Part shown: positions 26,954 through 35,135 of the stretch, one piece after another | How the letters are laid out: every line of letters starts with the position of its first letter | Position numbering within the stretch: position 1 is the stretch's first letter | From: Nostoc sp. ChiSLP01 | Lineage (GTDB): Bacteria > Cyanobacteriota > Cyanobacteriia > Cyanobacteriales > Nostocaceae | Direction of reading: 5' to 3' | Length of the DNA: 64,000 nucleotides | Assembly: GCA_034531195.2 (NCBI GenBank) | Contig: JAVRBO020000103.1 | Coordinates: 16,744-80,743, forward strand | The notes under the pieces: model-generated | Database searches by the model: none | The model's input: only the letters and a program-made list of their open reading frames with translations | What the model was told of the DNA's origin: nothing | Made by a program: the position numbers and the translations under genes

Positions 26954-28840
26954 TTATATTTCTCTTAAAAAACTTGCATAATTCGCCCGAACTGTCATAG
27001 TAGTAGGATGACTGACACCTAAAGTCCGTTCGCAAATTTTCAAAGCTTGCTCAAACAGTGGTTTGGCTTTCCTGTAGCGTCTTGTATGGCGGTAGAGTGC
27101 TGCTAAATTATTCAGACTAATGGCGACATCGGGATGGTTTTCTCCCAAAAGACGTTTAGTCAGTTCCAAAGCTTGCTTATAGAAGGGTTCGGCTTCGCTG
27201 TAGCGTCCTGTAGATTCGTAAAGTTGTCCTAAATTGTTCAAGCTAGTAGCAACATCGGCGTGTTCTTCTCCCAGTAGCCGTTTTCTCAGCTTTAAAGCTT
27301 GCTTGAGCAAGGGTTCGGCTTCGCTGTAGCGTCCTGTAAAACAGTACAATGCTCCTAAATTGTTCAGGCTAGTAGCCACATGGGGATGTTCTTCTCCCAC
27401 TAAGCGTTTCCAGAGTTCTAAAGCTTGCTGATACAAAGATTCGGCTTTACCATAGCGTCCTGTAGATTCGTAGACTACTGCTAAATAGCTCAAATTAGTA
27501 GCGACATCAGGATGTTCTTCTCCTAGCAGGCGTTTTCTCAGTTTTAAAGCTTGCTCAAACAAAGGTCTGGCTTCGGTATAGTGTCCTGTAGATTCGTAGA
27601 GTAATGCTAAATTGTTGAGGCTAGTGGCGACATCAAGATGGTTGTCTCCCAACAGACGTTTTGTCAGTTCTAAAGCTTGCCGATACAAGGGTTCGGCTTC
27701 ACTGTAGCGTCCTGTAGATTCATAAAGTCCTGCTAAATTGTTGAGGCTAGCAGCGATATAAGAATGTTCTAAACCAAGATGATTTTGAGTTAGTTTTACA
27801 CACCGTTGCAACCAAGATTCTGCTTGCTGATAAAGTCCTTGTCCTTGATAAAACCAAGCTAATTTAGTAAACACAGCGATGAGGTTTTCATCGCTGAGAT
27901 ACTGGGATAGGTGGGTTGCAACTTCTGTAATGTGCGGGATATGTGGAGTGAAATTGACAATATCTTCAGGATTAGGCTGTTGCGGAATTAGATTTGCTAC
28001 CTCTAACATCATTGCTGCAAATTTAGTTTTTGCTTCATCCGCTTCATTTGAATTATCTAACTTTATTCGGAGAAGTTGCCGAATTAAGGGATTTAAAAGA
28101 TAAATTACTTTACTTTTCTGTTGTAGCAAATGCAATTCTAGTAAATCGGCGATCGCTTTTTCATCGAGCTGTTGTTTTTTCTCGTCTTCTATCGTCTCCA
28201 CAGATAAAGGAATGTCAGCTAAAGCACACAAACTCAGCAAACAGCCAAAGCTTTGTGCATTCTTATCTAGTTGTTCCCAACTCAATTCAAAAGCTTCAGC
28301 TACACCGTATTCGTAATGCATCAACGAGTTAGCATTGGCTACGGGTTCATGTTCTTCTCGCTTTTTCTCTAGCCGCTTTAGCAGTATTTCTAAAGACAAA
28401 TCCGGTATTTTATTGAGATATCGCCCCACTAACTCTAAGGCTAAAGGTGAATATCCCAAAAATTTACAAATTCTTTTGGCGACCCAGGGTTCTTGTTGCA
28501 GCCTTTCTCGAACCACTAGCGATTTTAATAGTTTTATCGCCGCTAATGGTTTGAGGACATCTAATTCGCTATTATATTTTGCCCTCAGGTAAGCTTGTAA
28601 CTTTTCTAGTTTGCCCTGACTTTTGGAAATAGCTAATTCAGGATAATTCTGGGCAAATTTGTCATATAGCTCGCCCATCCACTTTCTAAAAGTAGGGATA
28701 TCAACGTTTAATTCGCTGGCAAGTTGAGCTTCAGTTTTACCTAAATTTTCAGTCTTAAAATAGTTTACAAAAGCTACAGTCTGTTCAAGGGATAAGCCAG
28801 TAGTAGCAGCTTCTTTGGCTAGAAAATTAGCCCATTGCAT
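26954..28840 (-). CDS. HTH / ARC-remnant / TPR protein: paralogue of 30211..32601 lacking the P-loop NTPase core
   Basis: The N-terminal 90 aa are homologous to the neighbour (MQWANFLAKEAA..LSLEQTVAFVNYFKTENLGKTEAQLASELNVDIPTFRKWM). The sequence then jumps directly to LKPLAAIKLLKSLV..GYSPLALELVGRYL and 42-aa TPRs. No Walker A, Walker B or TTR motif is present. Confidence 0.85.
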   Translation of the reverse strand: MQWANFLAKEAATTGLSLEQTVAFVNYFKTENLGKTEAQLASELNVDIPTFRKWMGELYDKFAQNYPELAISKSQGKLEKLQAYLRAKYNSELDVLKPLAAIKLLKSLVVRERLQQEPWVAKRICKFLGYSPLALELVGRYLNKIPDLSLEILLKRLEKKREEHEPVANANSLMHYEYGVAEAFELSWEQLDKNAQSFGCLLSLCALADIPLSVETIEDEKKQQLDEKAIADLLELHLLQQKSKVIYLLNPLIRQLLRIKLDNSNEADEAKTKFAAMMLEVANLIPQQPNPEDIVNFTPHIPHITEVATHLSQYLSDENLIAVFTKLAWFYQGQGLYQQAESWLQRCVKLTQNHLGLEHSYIAASLNNLAGLYESTGRYSEAEPLYRQALELTKRLLGDNHLDVATSLNNLALLYESTGHYTEARPLFEQALKLRKRLLGEEHPDVATNLSYLAVVYESTGRYGKAESLYQQALELWKRLVGEEHPHVATSLNNLGALYCFTGRYSEAEPLLKQALKLRKRLLGEEHADVATSLNNLGQLYESTGRYSEAEPFYKQALELTKRLLGENHPDVAISLNNLAALYRHTRRYRKAKPLFEQALKICERTLGVSHPTTMTVRANYASFLREI

Positions 28841-28966
28841 AATAGTTTATTAACTTTATTTTTGATTCTACTTTGTCTCGATTTGCAAACCTCCTCTCTT
28901 TGAGGGAAATATACATTTATATAAAAAGATTTAAAAGCAGTTGCCACCTTTAGCCAATTGTCAGTT

Positions 28967-29239
28967 GAGCCTCAGAAGGTCAACGTCGAGCCTCAGAAGG
29001 TCAAAGTTGAGCCTCAGAAGGTCAACGTCGAGCCTCGGAAGGTCAACTTCGAGCCTCAGAAGGTCAACTTCGAGCCTCAGAAGGTCAACGTTGAGCCTCG
29101 GAAGGTCAAAGTTGAGCCTCAGAAGGTCAACTTCGAGCCTCAGAAGGTCAACGTCGAGCCTCGGAAGGTCAAAGTTGAGCCTCGGAAGGTCAAAGTTGAG
29201 CCTCAGAAGGTCAAAGTTGAGCCTCGGAAGGTCAAAGTT
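28967..29239. repeat. 21-bp tandem array B (13 units, GAGCCTC[A/G]GAAGGTCAA[C/A][G/T]T[C/T])
   Basis: I counted 13 contiguous units from 28967 to 29239. Variation is confined to 4 positions. The array begins 127 bp upstream of the start of the 26954..28840 gene. Confidence 0.95.
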
Positions 29240-29267
29240 GGCATTTAGAACTTAAAATGCTCGAGCT

Positions 29268-29291
29268 GTCTACGACGGGCTACGCCTACGC
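29268..29291 (+). repeat. 24-nt dispersed motif, copy 2
   Basis: The sequence GTCTACGACGGGCTACGCCTACGC begins 28 nt after array B. Confidence 0.85.
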
Positions 29292-29659
29292 GCTTCGATC
29301 GCTTACTATGAGAATCGAACCGCAAAGGAAGAGAGAAGAAGGAGCGATCGCTCTTTGAAGGTAGAATTGAAGGGCGATCGCTTTTAAGCTTTAAACTACA
29401 ACTATTGTGTAGCATCAATTTGGTGTGGTTTTGGGATAAAGGGGGCGATCGCTATTCTCGTGCTTGTTGTTTGAGCAAATTCACCAAAGTATCCGACAAC
29501 CACAAACCAGTGTCATGCATTAGAGTTCTTTTTTATTAATCTTTTTCGCACTCATTCGAGTGCAAATAAAAGTTCTGTTAAAGATTGACTCTCGATTTTT
29601 AAGAAGCGGTTTAACCGCAAAACGCAGCGGCGGCTTTCGTCTGTCCGCTGCCGTGAAGT

Positions 29660-30199
29660 TTAGCCTGCCCGCCGCAGGTTCTTGCTAACCCATTCCCTCG
29701 CTGCTGTCGGTGCTAATCGCTGCAACTCGGCGCAAAATCGTTTGTAGAAGGCTTCGTATTCACTGATAAACTCCCGATAGCTAAACCTTACTTTCTGCCA
29801 TTCGTCATTCCCTTCGCCATCCGATATCGCGGAATCTATGATGGATAAATACATCGTCTCGCCCTCTCGCTCAAAGAGAAATGCCGGCTGCCCTTGCTCC
29901 CCTTCGTCAAAACAGTAGCGGGCTTGAGCGCTACCTTTGAACTCGTGGCGGATTCTTTCGAGTTCCTCAATCCACTGAGAGAAGCACACGTCATTCGCTC
30001 CCCAATAACCCATATATGGGACGAAACGATTACCAATATTAATCAATAAAGCGCCATGAATGTGGCTGGAGGCATCTAATTCCGTCAACGGCAAGCGGGT
30101 ATTATTACCAACTTTGATGACAGCCAGATCCTCGAAAGTAATTTTGATAATGGAATTTTGTTGCATAAGCTTCAGATCGTGGTGTGATTTTGGGAGCAA
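29660..30199 (-). CDS. hypothetical protein, co-oriented immediately downstream of the NB-ARC/TPR gene
   Basis: It is 179 aa from TTG 30199 or 168 aa from ATG 30166, lying 12 or 44 nt after the upstream stop. I recognise no family (..FVPYMGYWGANDVCFSQWIEELERI..). It appears soluble, with no TM helix or signal peptide. Confidence 0.6.
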   Translation of the reverse strand: MLPKSHHDLKLMQQNSIIKITFEDLAVIKVGNNTRLPLTELDASSHIHGALLINIGNRFVPYMGYWGANDVCFSQWIEELERIRHEFKGSAQARYCFDEGEQGQPAFLFEREGETMYLSIIDSAISDGEGNDEWQKVRFSYREFISEYEAFYKRFCAELQRLAPTAAREWVSKNLRRAG

Positions 30200-30210
30200 G
30201 GGGGCGATCG

Positions 30211-32601
30211 CTAGCGATATGCTTCTCTTAAAAACCTGGCATGATTTCCCCGAACCGTGATTGTATCAGGATGACCTACACCTAAAACACGCTCATAAAT
30301 AGCCAAAGCTTGCTGATATAGAGGTTCAGCTTCGCTGTAGCGTCCTGTAGAACGGTAGAGTTCTGCCAGATTGTTCAAGGTAGTGGCGACATCGGGATGG
30401 TTTTCTCCCAGTAAGCGTTTTCTCAGTTCTAAAGCTTGCTGATACAGAGGTTCAGCTTCGCTATAGTGTTCTGTAGAACGGTAGACTGTTGCGAGATTGT
30501 TCAAGGTAGTGGCGACATCGGGATGGTTTTCTCCCTGTAGGCCTTTTCTCAATGTCAAAGCTTGTAGATGCAAAGCTTCAGCTTCGCTGTAGCGTCCTGT
30601 AGAACAGTAGAGTACTGCCAGATTGTTCAGGCTAGAGGCGACATGGGGATGGTTGTCTTTGAATAAGCGTTTTGTCAGTTCTAAAGTTTGCTGCAAGAGA
30701 GGTTCAGCCTCGCTGTAACGTCCTCTAAAACGGTAGAATAATCCCAGATTGTTCATGCTAGTGGCGACATCGGGATCGTTGTCTCCCAGTAACCGTTTTC
30801 TCAGTTCTAAAGCTTCCTTATAAAGCTGTTCAGCTTCTTTGTAGCGTCCTCTATAATCGTAGACTAATGCCAAATTGTTCAGGCTATTGGCGACATAAGA
30901 ATGGTTGTCTCCCAGTAAGCGTTTTGTCAGTTCTAAATTTTGCTGCAAGATAGGTTCAGCTTCGCTGTAGCGTGCTGTAGAAAGATAGAGTATTCCTAGA
31001 TTGTGGAGGCTAGCAGCAACATGGAGGTGTTCTAAACCAAAACGATTTTTAGTCACTTCTACACACTGCTGCAACCAAGGTTGTGCTTGCTCGTATAAGC
31101 CTTGTCCTGTATAAAACCAGCCTAAACCCCTGAATATGTAAATTAAATCTTCATCGTTGACGTAGCTAATCATATAATTAGCTACTTCTACCAAATGAGG
31201 GATAAAAGGGGTGAGTTGTTGAATCAAATCACGGTTAGGGAATTGCGAAATTTGCTTTGCTTTCTCTATCATGTGAACGGTAAAAGCAGTTTTCACTTCA
31301 TCAGCCTCGCTAGACTTATTTAGCTTCATTTGAAAAAATTGCCGAATCAGTGGATGTAGTCGATATATTCCTTTACCCCGACGTTGTAGCAAATGCAGTT
31401 TTAGCAACTCAGCTATAGCTTTTTCCTTGAGTTCTTGTTCTTCGTCATTTTCTACCGCCTCAACAGAAAAAGGAATGTCAGCCAAAGCATACAGACTCAG
31501 CCTACAGCCTAATCTTTGTGCATTTTCATCCAACTGTTCCCAACTCAATGCAAAAGCTTCAGCCACACCATATTCATAACGCATCAATGGGTTAGCCTTG
31601 GCTATTGCTTCATGTTCCAGTCGCTTTTTCTCTAGCCGCTTCAGCAGTTTTTCTAGAGACAAATCTGGCATTGTATCCAGATATCGCCCCACTAACTCTA
31701 ACGCCAAAGGTAAATATCCCAAGTCTCTACAAATTTTTCTCGCAACCCAAGGTTCGCTTTTCAACCGTTCTCTGTCAACCAGCGATTTTAATAATTTCAT
31801 CGCCGCCAATGGTTTGAGAACACCCAAAGGTAATTGTGGCAAAGTTCTATCAAACCCCAAGCGCGTTGTCAGCAATACTTTAAACCGAAGTGATTCTGGC
31901 GGTAGATAAGACTGAACCTGTTTTTTGTAGTCGGTGACATCATCAAACACCAGCAGCACTTCACCTTGTTGCCAATTCTGCCAGCAGTATCTCAGCCTAT
32001 CTGCTAATTCCCAATCATCCGGTGCAATGAGTTTAAATTTTAATTGAGCAAATCTGAGAATTTGAATTCCGACATCTATTCCCTGTACAGATAACCAGCA
32101 AACCCCACCTTCATAATTCTGCAAATACTGTTTGGCGTATTGGGTAGCAAGTTCAGTTTTCCCGACTCCACCCATACCCGCCACAGCTACAATTGCAACT
32201 TGCCGAGATGTTTGTAATTTCTGGTGCAGTTCTTCTAGTTTTGTCTCACGCCCCACAAATTTTTCAAATGGAACAGCAGGCGGAATATTTTCATAAATCT
32301 GCTTAACTGTGGGGTGGGCATCTTGCCCGCCATTATATTTCTTTATCAGGCAAGCCCGTAACTTTTCTAGCTTACCGCGACTGTTAGAAGTGGCTAATTC
32401 AGGATAACTCTTGGCAAACTTGTCATACACCTCAGCCATCCGCTTTTTGAAAGCAGCCGCACCAATGTTTAATTTGCTGGCTAGTTTCGCTTCACTCTTT
32501 CCTGAGTTTTCAGTCTTCAACCGCTCTACAAAAGCTGCCGTTTGCTCTGGGGATAAGCTATTAATAGCAGCTTCTTTGGCTAAAAAATCAGCCCATTCCA
32601 T
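30211..32601 (-). CDS. STAND NTPase: LuxR/sigma-r4-like HTH + NB-ARC + kinesin-light-chain-type TPR array
   Basis: The HTH-like pattern is LSPEQTAAFVERLKTENSGKSEAKLASKLNIGAAAFKKRMAEVYDKF. NB-ARC motifs are present: Walker A AGMGGVGKTELA, Walker B VLLVFDDV, LLTTR, GYLPLALELVG. About nine 42-aa TPRs follow (LNNLAxLYxxxGRYSEAEPL). Confidence 0.9.
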   Translation of the reverse strand: MEWADFLAKEAAINSLSPEQTAAFVERLKTENSGKSEAKLASKLNIGAAAFKKRMAEVYDKFAKSYPELATSNSRGKLEKLRACLIKKYNGGQDAHPTVKQIYENIPPAVPFEKFVGRETKLEELHQKLQTSRQVAIVAVAGMGGVGKTELATQYAKQYLQNYEGGVCWLSVQGIDVGIQILRFAQLKFKLIAPDDWELADRLRYCWQNWQQGEVLLVFDDVTDYKKQVQSYLPPESLRFKVLLTTRLGFDRTLPQLPLGVLKPLAAMKLLKSLVDRERLKSEPWVARKICRDLGYLPLALELVGRYLDTMPDLSLEKLLKRLEKKRLEHEAIAKANPLMRYEYGVAEAFALSWEQLDENAQRLGCRLSLYALADIPFSVEAVENDEEQELKEKAIAELLKLHLLQRRGKGIYRLHPLIRQFFQMKLNKSSEADEVKTAFTVHMIEKAKQISQFPNRDLIQQLTPFIPHLVEVANYMISYVNDEDLIYIFRGLGWFYTGQGLYEQAQPWLQQCVEVTKNRFGLEHLHVAASLHNLGILYLSTARYSEAEPILQQNLELTKRLLGDNHSYVANSLNNLALVYDYRGRYKEAEQLYKEALELRKRLLGDNDPDVATSMNNLGLFYRFRGRYSEAEPLLQQTLELTKRLFKDNHPHVASSLNNLAVLYCSTGRYSEAEALHLQALTLRKGLQGENHPDVATTLNNLATVYRSTEHYSEAEPLYQQALELRKRLLGENHPDVATTLNNLAELYRSTGRYSEAEPLYQQALAIYERVLGVGHPDTITVRGNHARFLREAYR

Positions 32602-32735
32602 AGACAGCTTGTGAGATTTCTTCTCGATTCTACTTAATTTCTACTTTTTTTCTACTTTGTCTCTATTTCTAGGGAATTTCCTCTTCTTTGGGCAGAAATA
32701 CGATTTGCATAGAAACATTTAGAAGAGGTTTAGCC

Positions 32736-32984
32736 ATGAAAACTGCTTTAACAAATCCAGTCAACGCTAATCAAACCACCCAAACTTCGCAATTAATCCC
32801 CGCCTCGCCAACATTAGTAGAAAATCCATCTACTTGGATGCGAAACGGAGACAGTCCAGGCGAAATTATCCTTGCAGTGGCAATTTTGACTTCAGTGTCC
32901 ATTGCTGGAATTGCCTCTGTGATTGTCGCAATTACAGGTTTAGTTAAAGTTTTAGTACACCCGACAAGCGAAAAAACTAAATAG
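32736..32984 (+). CDS. small hypothetical membrane protein, divergent from the STAND gene
   Basis: An ATG with GAGG 9 nt upstream opens an 82-aa ORF. The N-terminal half is polar. A single C-terminal TM helix is present (IILAVAILTSVSIAGIASVIVAITGLV). Confidence 0.45.
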   Translation: MKTALTNPVNANQTTQTSQLIPASPTLVENPSTWMRNGDSPGEIILAVAILTSVSIAGIASVIVAITGLVKVLVHPTSEKTK

Positions 32985-33103
32985 AAGCACTTCTAAAGGC
33001 AAATTCTTTGCTTTGTTGCTATCCCGCCTTGGAATCAATTCCAAGGCTAGTAGCCTAAGTCCGTTCAAACGGACTAAATTTTAGTTAATTTTAGCCTCTG
33101 AAC

Positions 33104-33334
33104 CTCAACGTTGAGCCTTTTATCTTCAACGTTGCATCTTTTATCTTCAACGTTGCACCTTTAATCCTCGAAGTTGCGTCTTTTATCCTCAACGTTGCAC
33201 CTTTAATCCTCGAAGTTGCGTCTTTTATCTTCAACGTTGCACCTTTGATCCTCGAAGTTGCGCCTTTTATCTTCAACGTTGCACCTTCGATCCTCGAGGT
33301 TGCGTCTTTTATCCTCGAAGTTGCACCTTTTATC
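33104..33334. repeat. 21-bp tandem array C (11 units, alternating [C/T]TCAACGTTGCACCTTT[A/G]ATC and CTCGAAGTTGCGTCTTTTATC)
   Basis: I counted 11 units from 33104 to 33334 plus a degenerate 12th. The first unit and its left flank (AGCCTCTGAACCTCAACGTTGAGCC) resemble array B units. Confidence 0.95.
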
Positions 33335-33373
33335 TTTAAGTTTGGTGTTGGAAACTCGAAACGACTAAGCTAT

Positions 33374-33398
33374 CTCTACGACGGACTACGCCTAAGCT
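33374..33398 (+). repeat. 24-nt dispersed motif, copy 3 (2 mismatches)
   Basis: The sequence TCTCTACGACGGACTACGCCTAAGC begins 39 nt after array C. Confidence 0.8.
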
Positions 33399-33717
33399 GT
33401 AATAATATGAATTATTTAGCGACTATTGGCGATCGCAGCTCTATATTTGACCGTATTATGTAATACGCACCATCTCAACACTAGAACGAATTCTTCCTGA
33501 ATCTGAAAGATGCTGGTGGCGATACTGACAAATAAAAAAATATCCAATCAACTCTTGTGAGATAGGCGTCTCGCCTTTAAGCAAAGTCCCATAAAATCGC
33601 CATCCCACAAAAGGTAGATAAATTAAGTAATTAAAAAATCTCACTTAATAACCACCATAGCGATCGCACCTTTTAAAATTAATTACCATAGCTAATTACT
33701 GCTGGAGGTACTCCAAT

Positions 33718-35052
33718 ATGAAACAGCTAAAGTCCGCAGAGGAAATGCCTGGTACTTATGGCTTGCCCTTCTTGGGCGAGACTTTAGAAATATTCCGCGA
33801 TTTAGAACTGTATGTATGGCGACGATTCCATCAGTATGGTTCAGTTTTTAAGACCAGGGTACTGGGACGTAAACGTGCTTATTTAATTGGCCCTGATGCT
33901 AATCGCCTGGTGCTGGTAGAGCAAGCAGAACACATGTCATCGCGGATAGGTTGGTATTTCCTGGAACCGACATTTGGCAACAATATCTTATTACAAGACG
34001 GGGAAGAACATCGGGTAACTCGTCGCTTAATGTATCCAGCGTTTCATGGAAAAGCGATCCCTACATATTTCGACACAATTAAAAATATAGTCGAAGATTT
34101 CCTCAAAGATTGGGGAGAGGGCAAAACAGTTTCTTTAAATTCTAGTTTTCGTCAGTTAACTCTAAAAGTAGCTACTCGCCTATTTTTAGGAAGTGAAAAC
34201 GAAAGCGAAGTAGAGCAAACTAGTAAGTGGTTTACACAACTAATCGATAGCAGTTTGGCATTACTTAAATGGAATGTTCCTTTTACTTTATATGGTCGCG
34301 GTCAAAATGCCAGAAGTGAATTAGTAGCTTTTTTGAATCAAGCGATCGCTAAACGTATTGAAAACGGTAATTTAGAAGAATCAAAAGATGTTTTAGGATT
34401 ACTATTAGCTGCTGTTGATGAAGACGGCAATAAGTTAAACCAAGCACAAGTAATTAACGAAGCATTATTACTGCTGTTTGCAGGACATGAAACCACAGCT
34501 TCTTTGCTCAGTTGGGTAATATTTGAATTAGGTCATCGTCCAGAATGGCGAGAGCGACTGCGTAAAGAACAGTTAGCAGTTGTGGGAAATAATCCTCTAA
34601 CTCTGTCGCATCTCAAACAATTTCCAGAGTTAACCAACGTCCTCAAAGAAACAGAACGCCTTTACCCTCCAGTCTATGCCTATAATCGTGGCGTCCTCAA
34701 AGATATTGAGTATGCAGGCTATCGCATTCCCGCTGGTTGGTTTGTGACAATTTCCCCAATGCTGACTCACCGCCTACCAGAACTGTACGCCGATCCCCAT
34801 CGCTTCGACCCCGACCGCTTTGCACCACCTCGCGAAGAAGATAAAAAGCATCCTTTTGGACTAATCGGTTTTGGTGGTGGTTCCCACAGTTGCTTAGGCA
34901 TGGAATTTGCCCAAATGGAAATGAAAATTGTGCTTTCTACACTACTTCGCCATTACGATTGGACAGTAAAACCTGATTATTCTGACGTTGCTCCATATTG
35001 TAAAGCTTCTAAAGTTAAGGATACTTTAGAAGCATATATTACAGTACTTTGA
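33718..35052 (+). CDS. cytochrome P450 (CYP120-like size and pattern)
   Basis: It has the I-helix AGHETTAS, the ExxR motif ETERLYPP, PERF-like DPHRFDPDRF and the heme loop FGGGSHSCLGMEFA. Confidence 0.9.
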   Translation: MKQLKSAEEMPGTYGLPFLGETLEIFRDLELYVWRRFHQYGSVFKTRVLGRKRAYLIGPDANRLVLVEQAEHMSSRIGWYFLEPTFGNNILLQDGEEHRVTRRLMYPAFHGKAIPTYFDTIKNIVEDFLKDWGEGKTVSLNSSFRQLTLKVATRLFLGSENESEVEQTSKWFTQLIDSSLALLKWNVPFTLYGRGQNARSELVAFLNQAIAKRIENGNLEESKDVLGLLLAAVDEDGNKLNQAQVINEALLLLFAGHETTASLLSWVIFELGHRPEWRERLRKEQLAVVGNNPLTLSHLKQFPELTNVLKETERLYPPVYAYNRGVLKDIEYAGYRIPAGWFVTISPMLTHRLPELYADPHRFDPDRFAPPREEDKKHPFGLIGFGGGSHSCLGMEFAQMEMKIVLSTLLRHYDWTVKPDYSDVAPYCKASKVKDTLEAYITVL

Positions 35053-35107
35053 TGTTTTGCTGTTGCTAATTTGTATGAAAGTTATTAGTTGTGCAACCAA
35101 AACCATT

Positions 35108-35135
35108 GTAGAGACGTAAAATTTTACGTCTCTAC
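35108..35135. repeat. 28-nt perfect palindrome GTAGAGACGTAAAATTTTACGTCTCTAC
   Basis: It lies between the convergent P450 and membrane-protein genes and overlaps the stop of the latter. It has the same GTAG-N20-CTAC architecture as 993-1020. Confidence 0.85.

Noticed and set aside
28967-29239. The arrays at 9.7, 29.0 and 33.1 kb could be CRISPR.
   Set aside because: The units are contiguous with no spacers, are only 21 bp long, and no cas genes are in the window. They are tandem minisatellite-type repeats.
28941-29255. Track ORFs spanning the 21-bp arrays (28941..29255, 28958..29248, 33091..33276, 33245..33463, 9672..9881, 9729..9929) encode heptad peptides such as VEPQKVN or DATKVQG.
   Set aside because: The frames are open only because a 21-bp unit without stops is repeated. 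The starts are TTG/GTG with no SD, and two or three overlapping frames are equally open. I treat them as non-coding repeats. The TTG at 28958 does sit where the paralogous locus has the ATG of a small ORF.
29300-29345. A tRNA-like T-arm string GAGAATCGAACCGC is present.
   Set aside because: No acceptor stem, D-arm or anticodon stem can be drawn around it. It belongs to a dispersed repeat (GAACCGCAAAGGAAGAG, compare 10222-10245).
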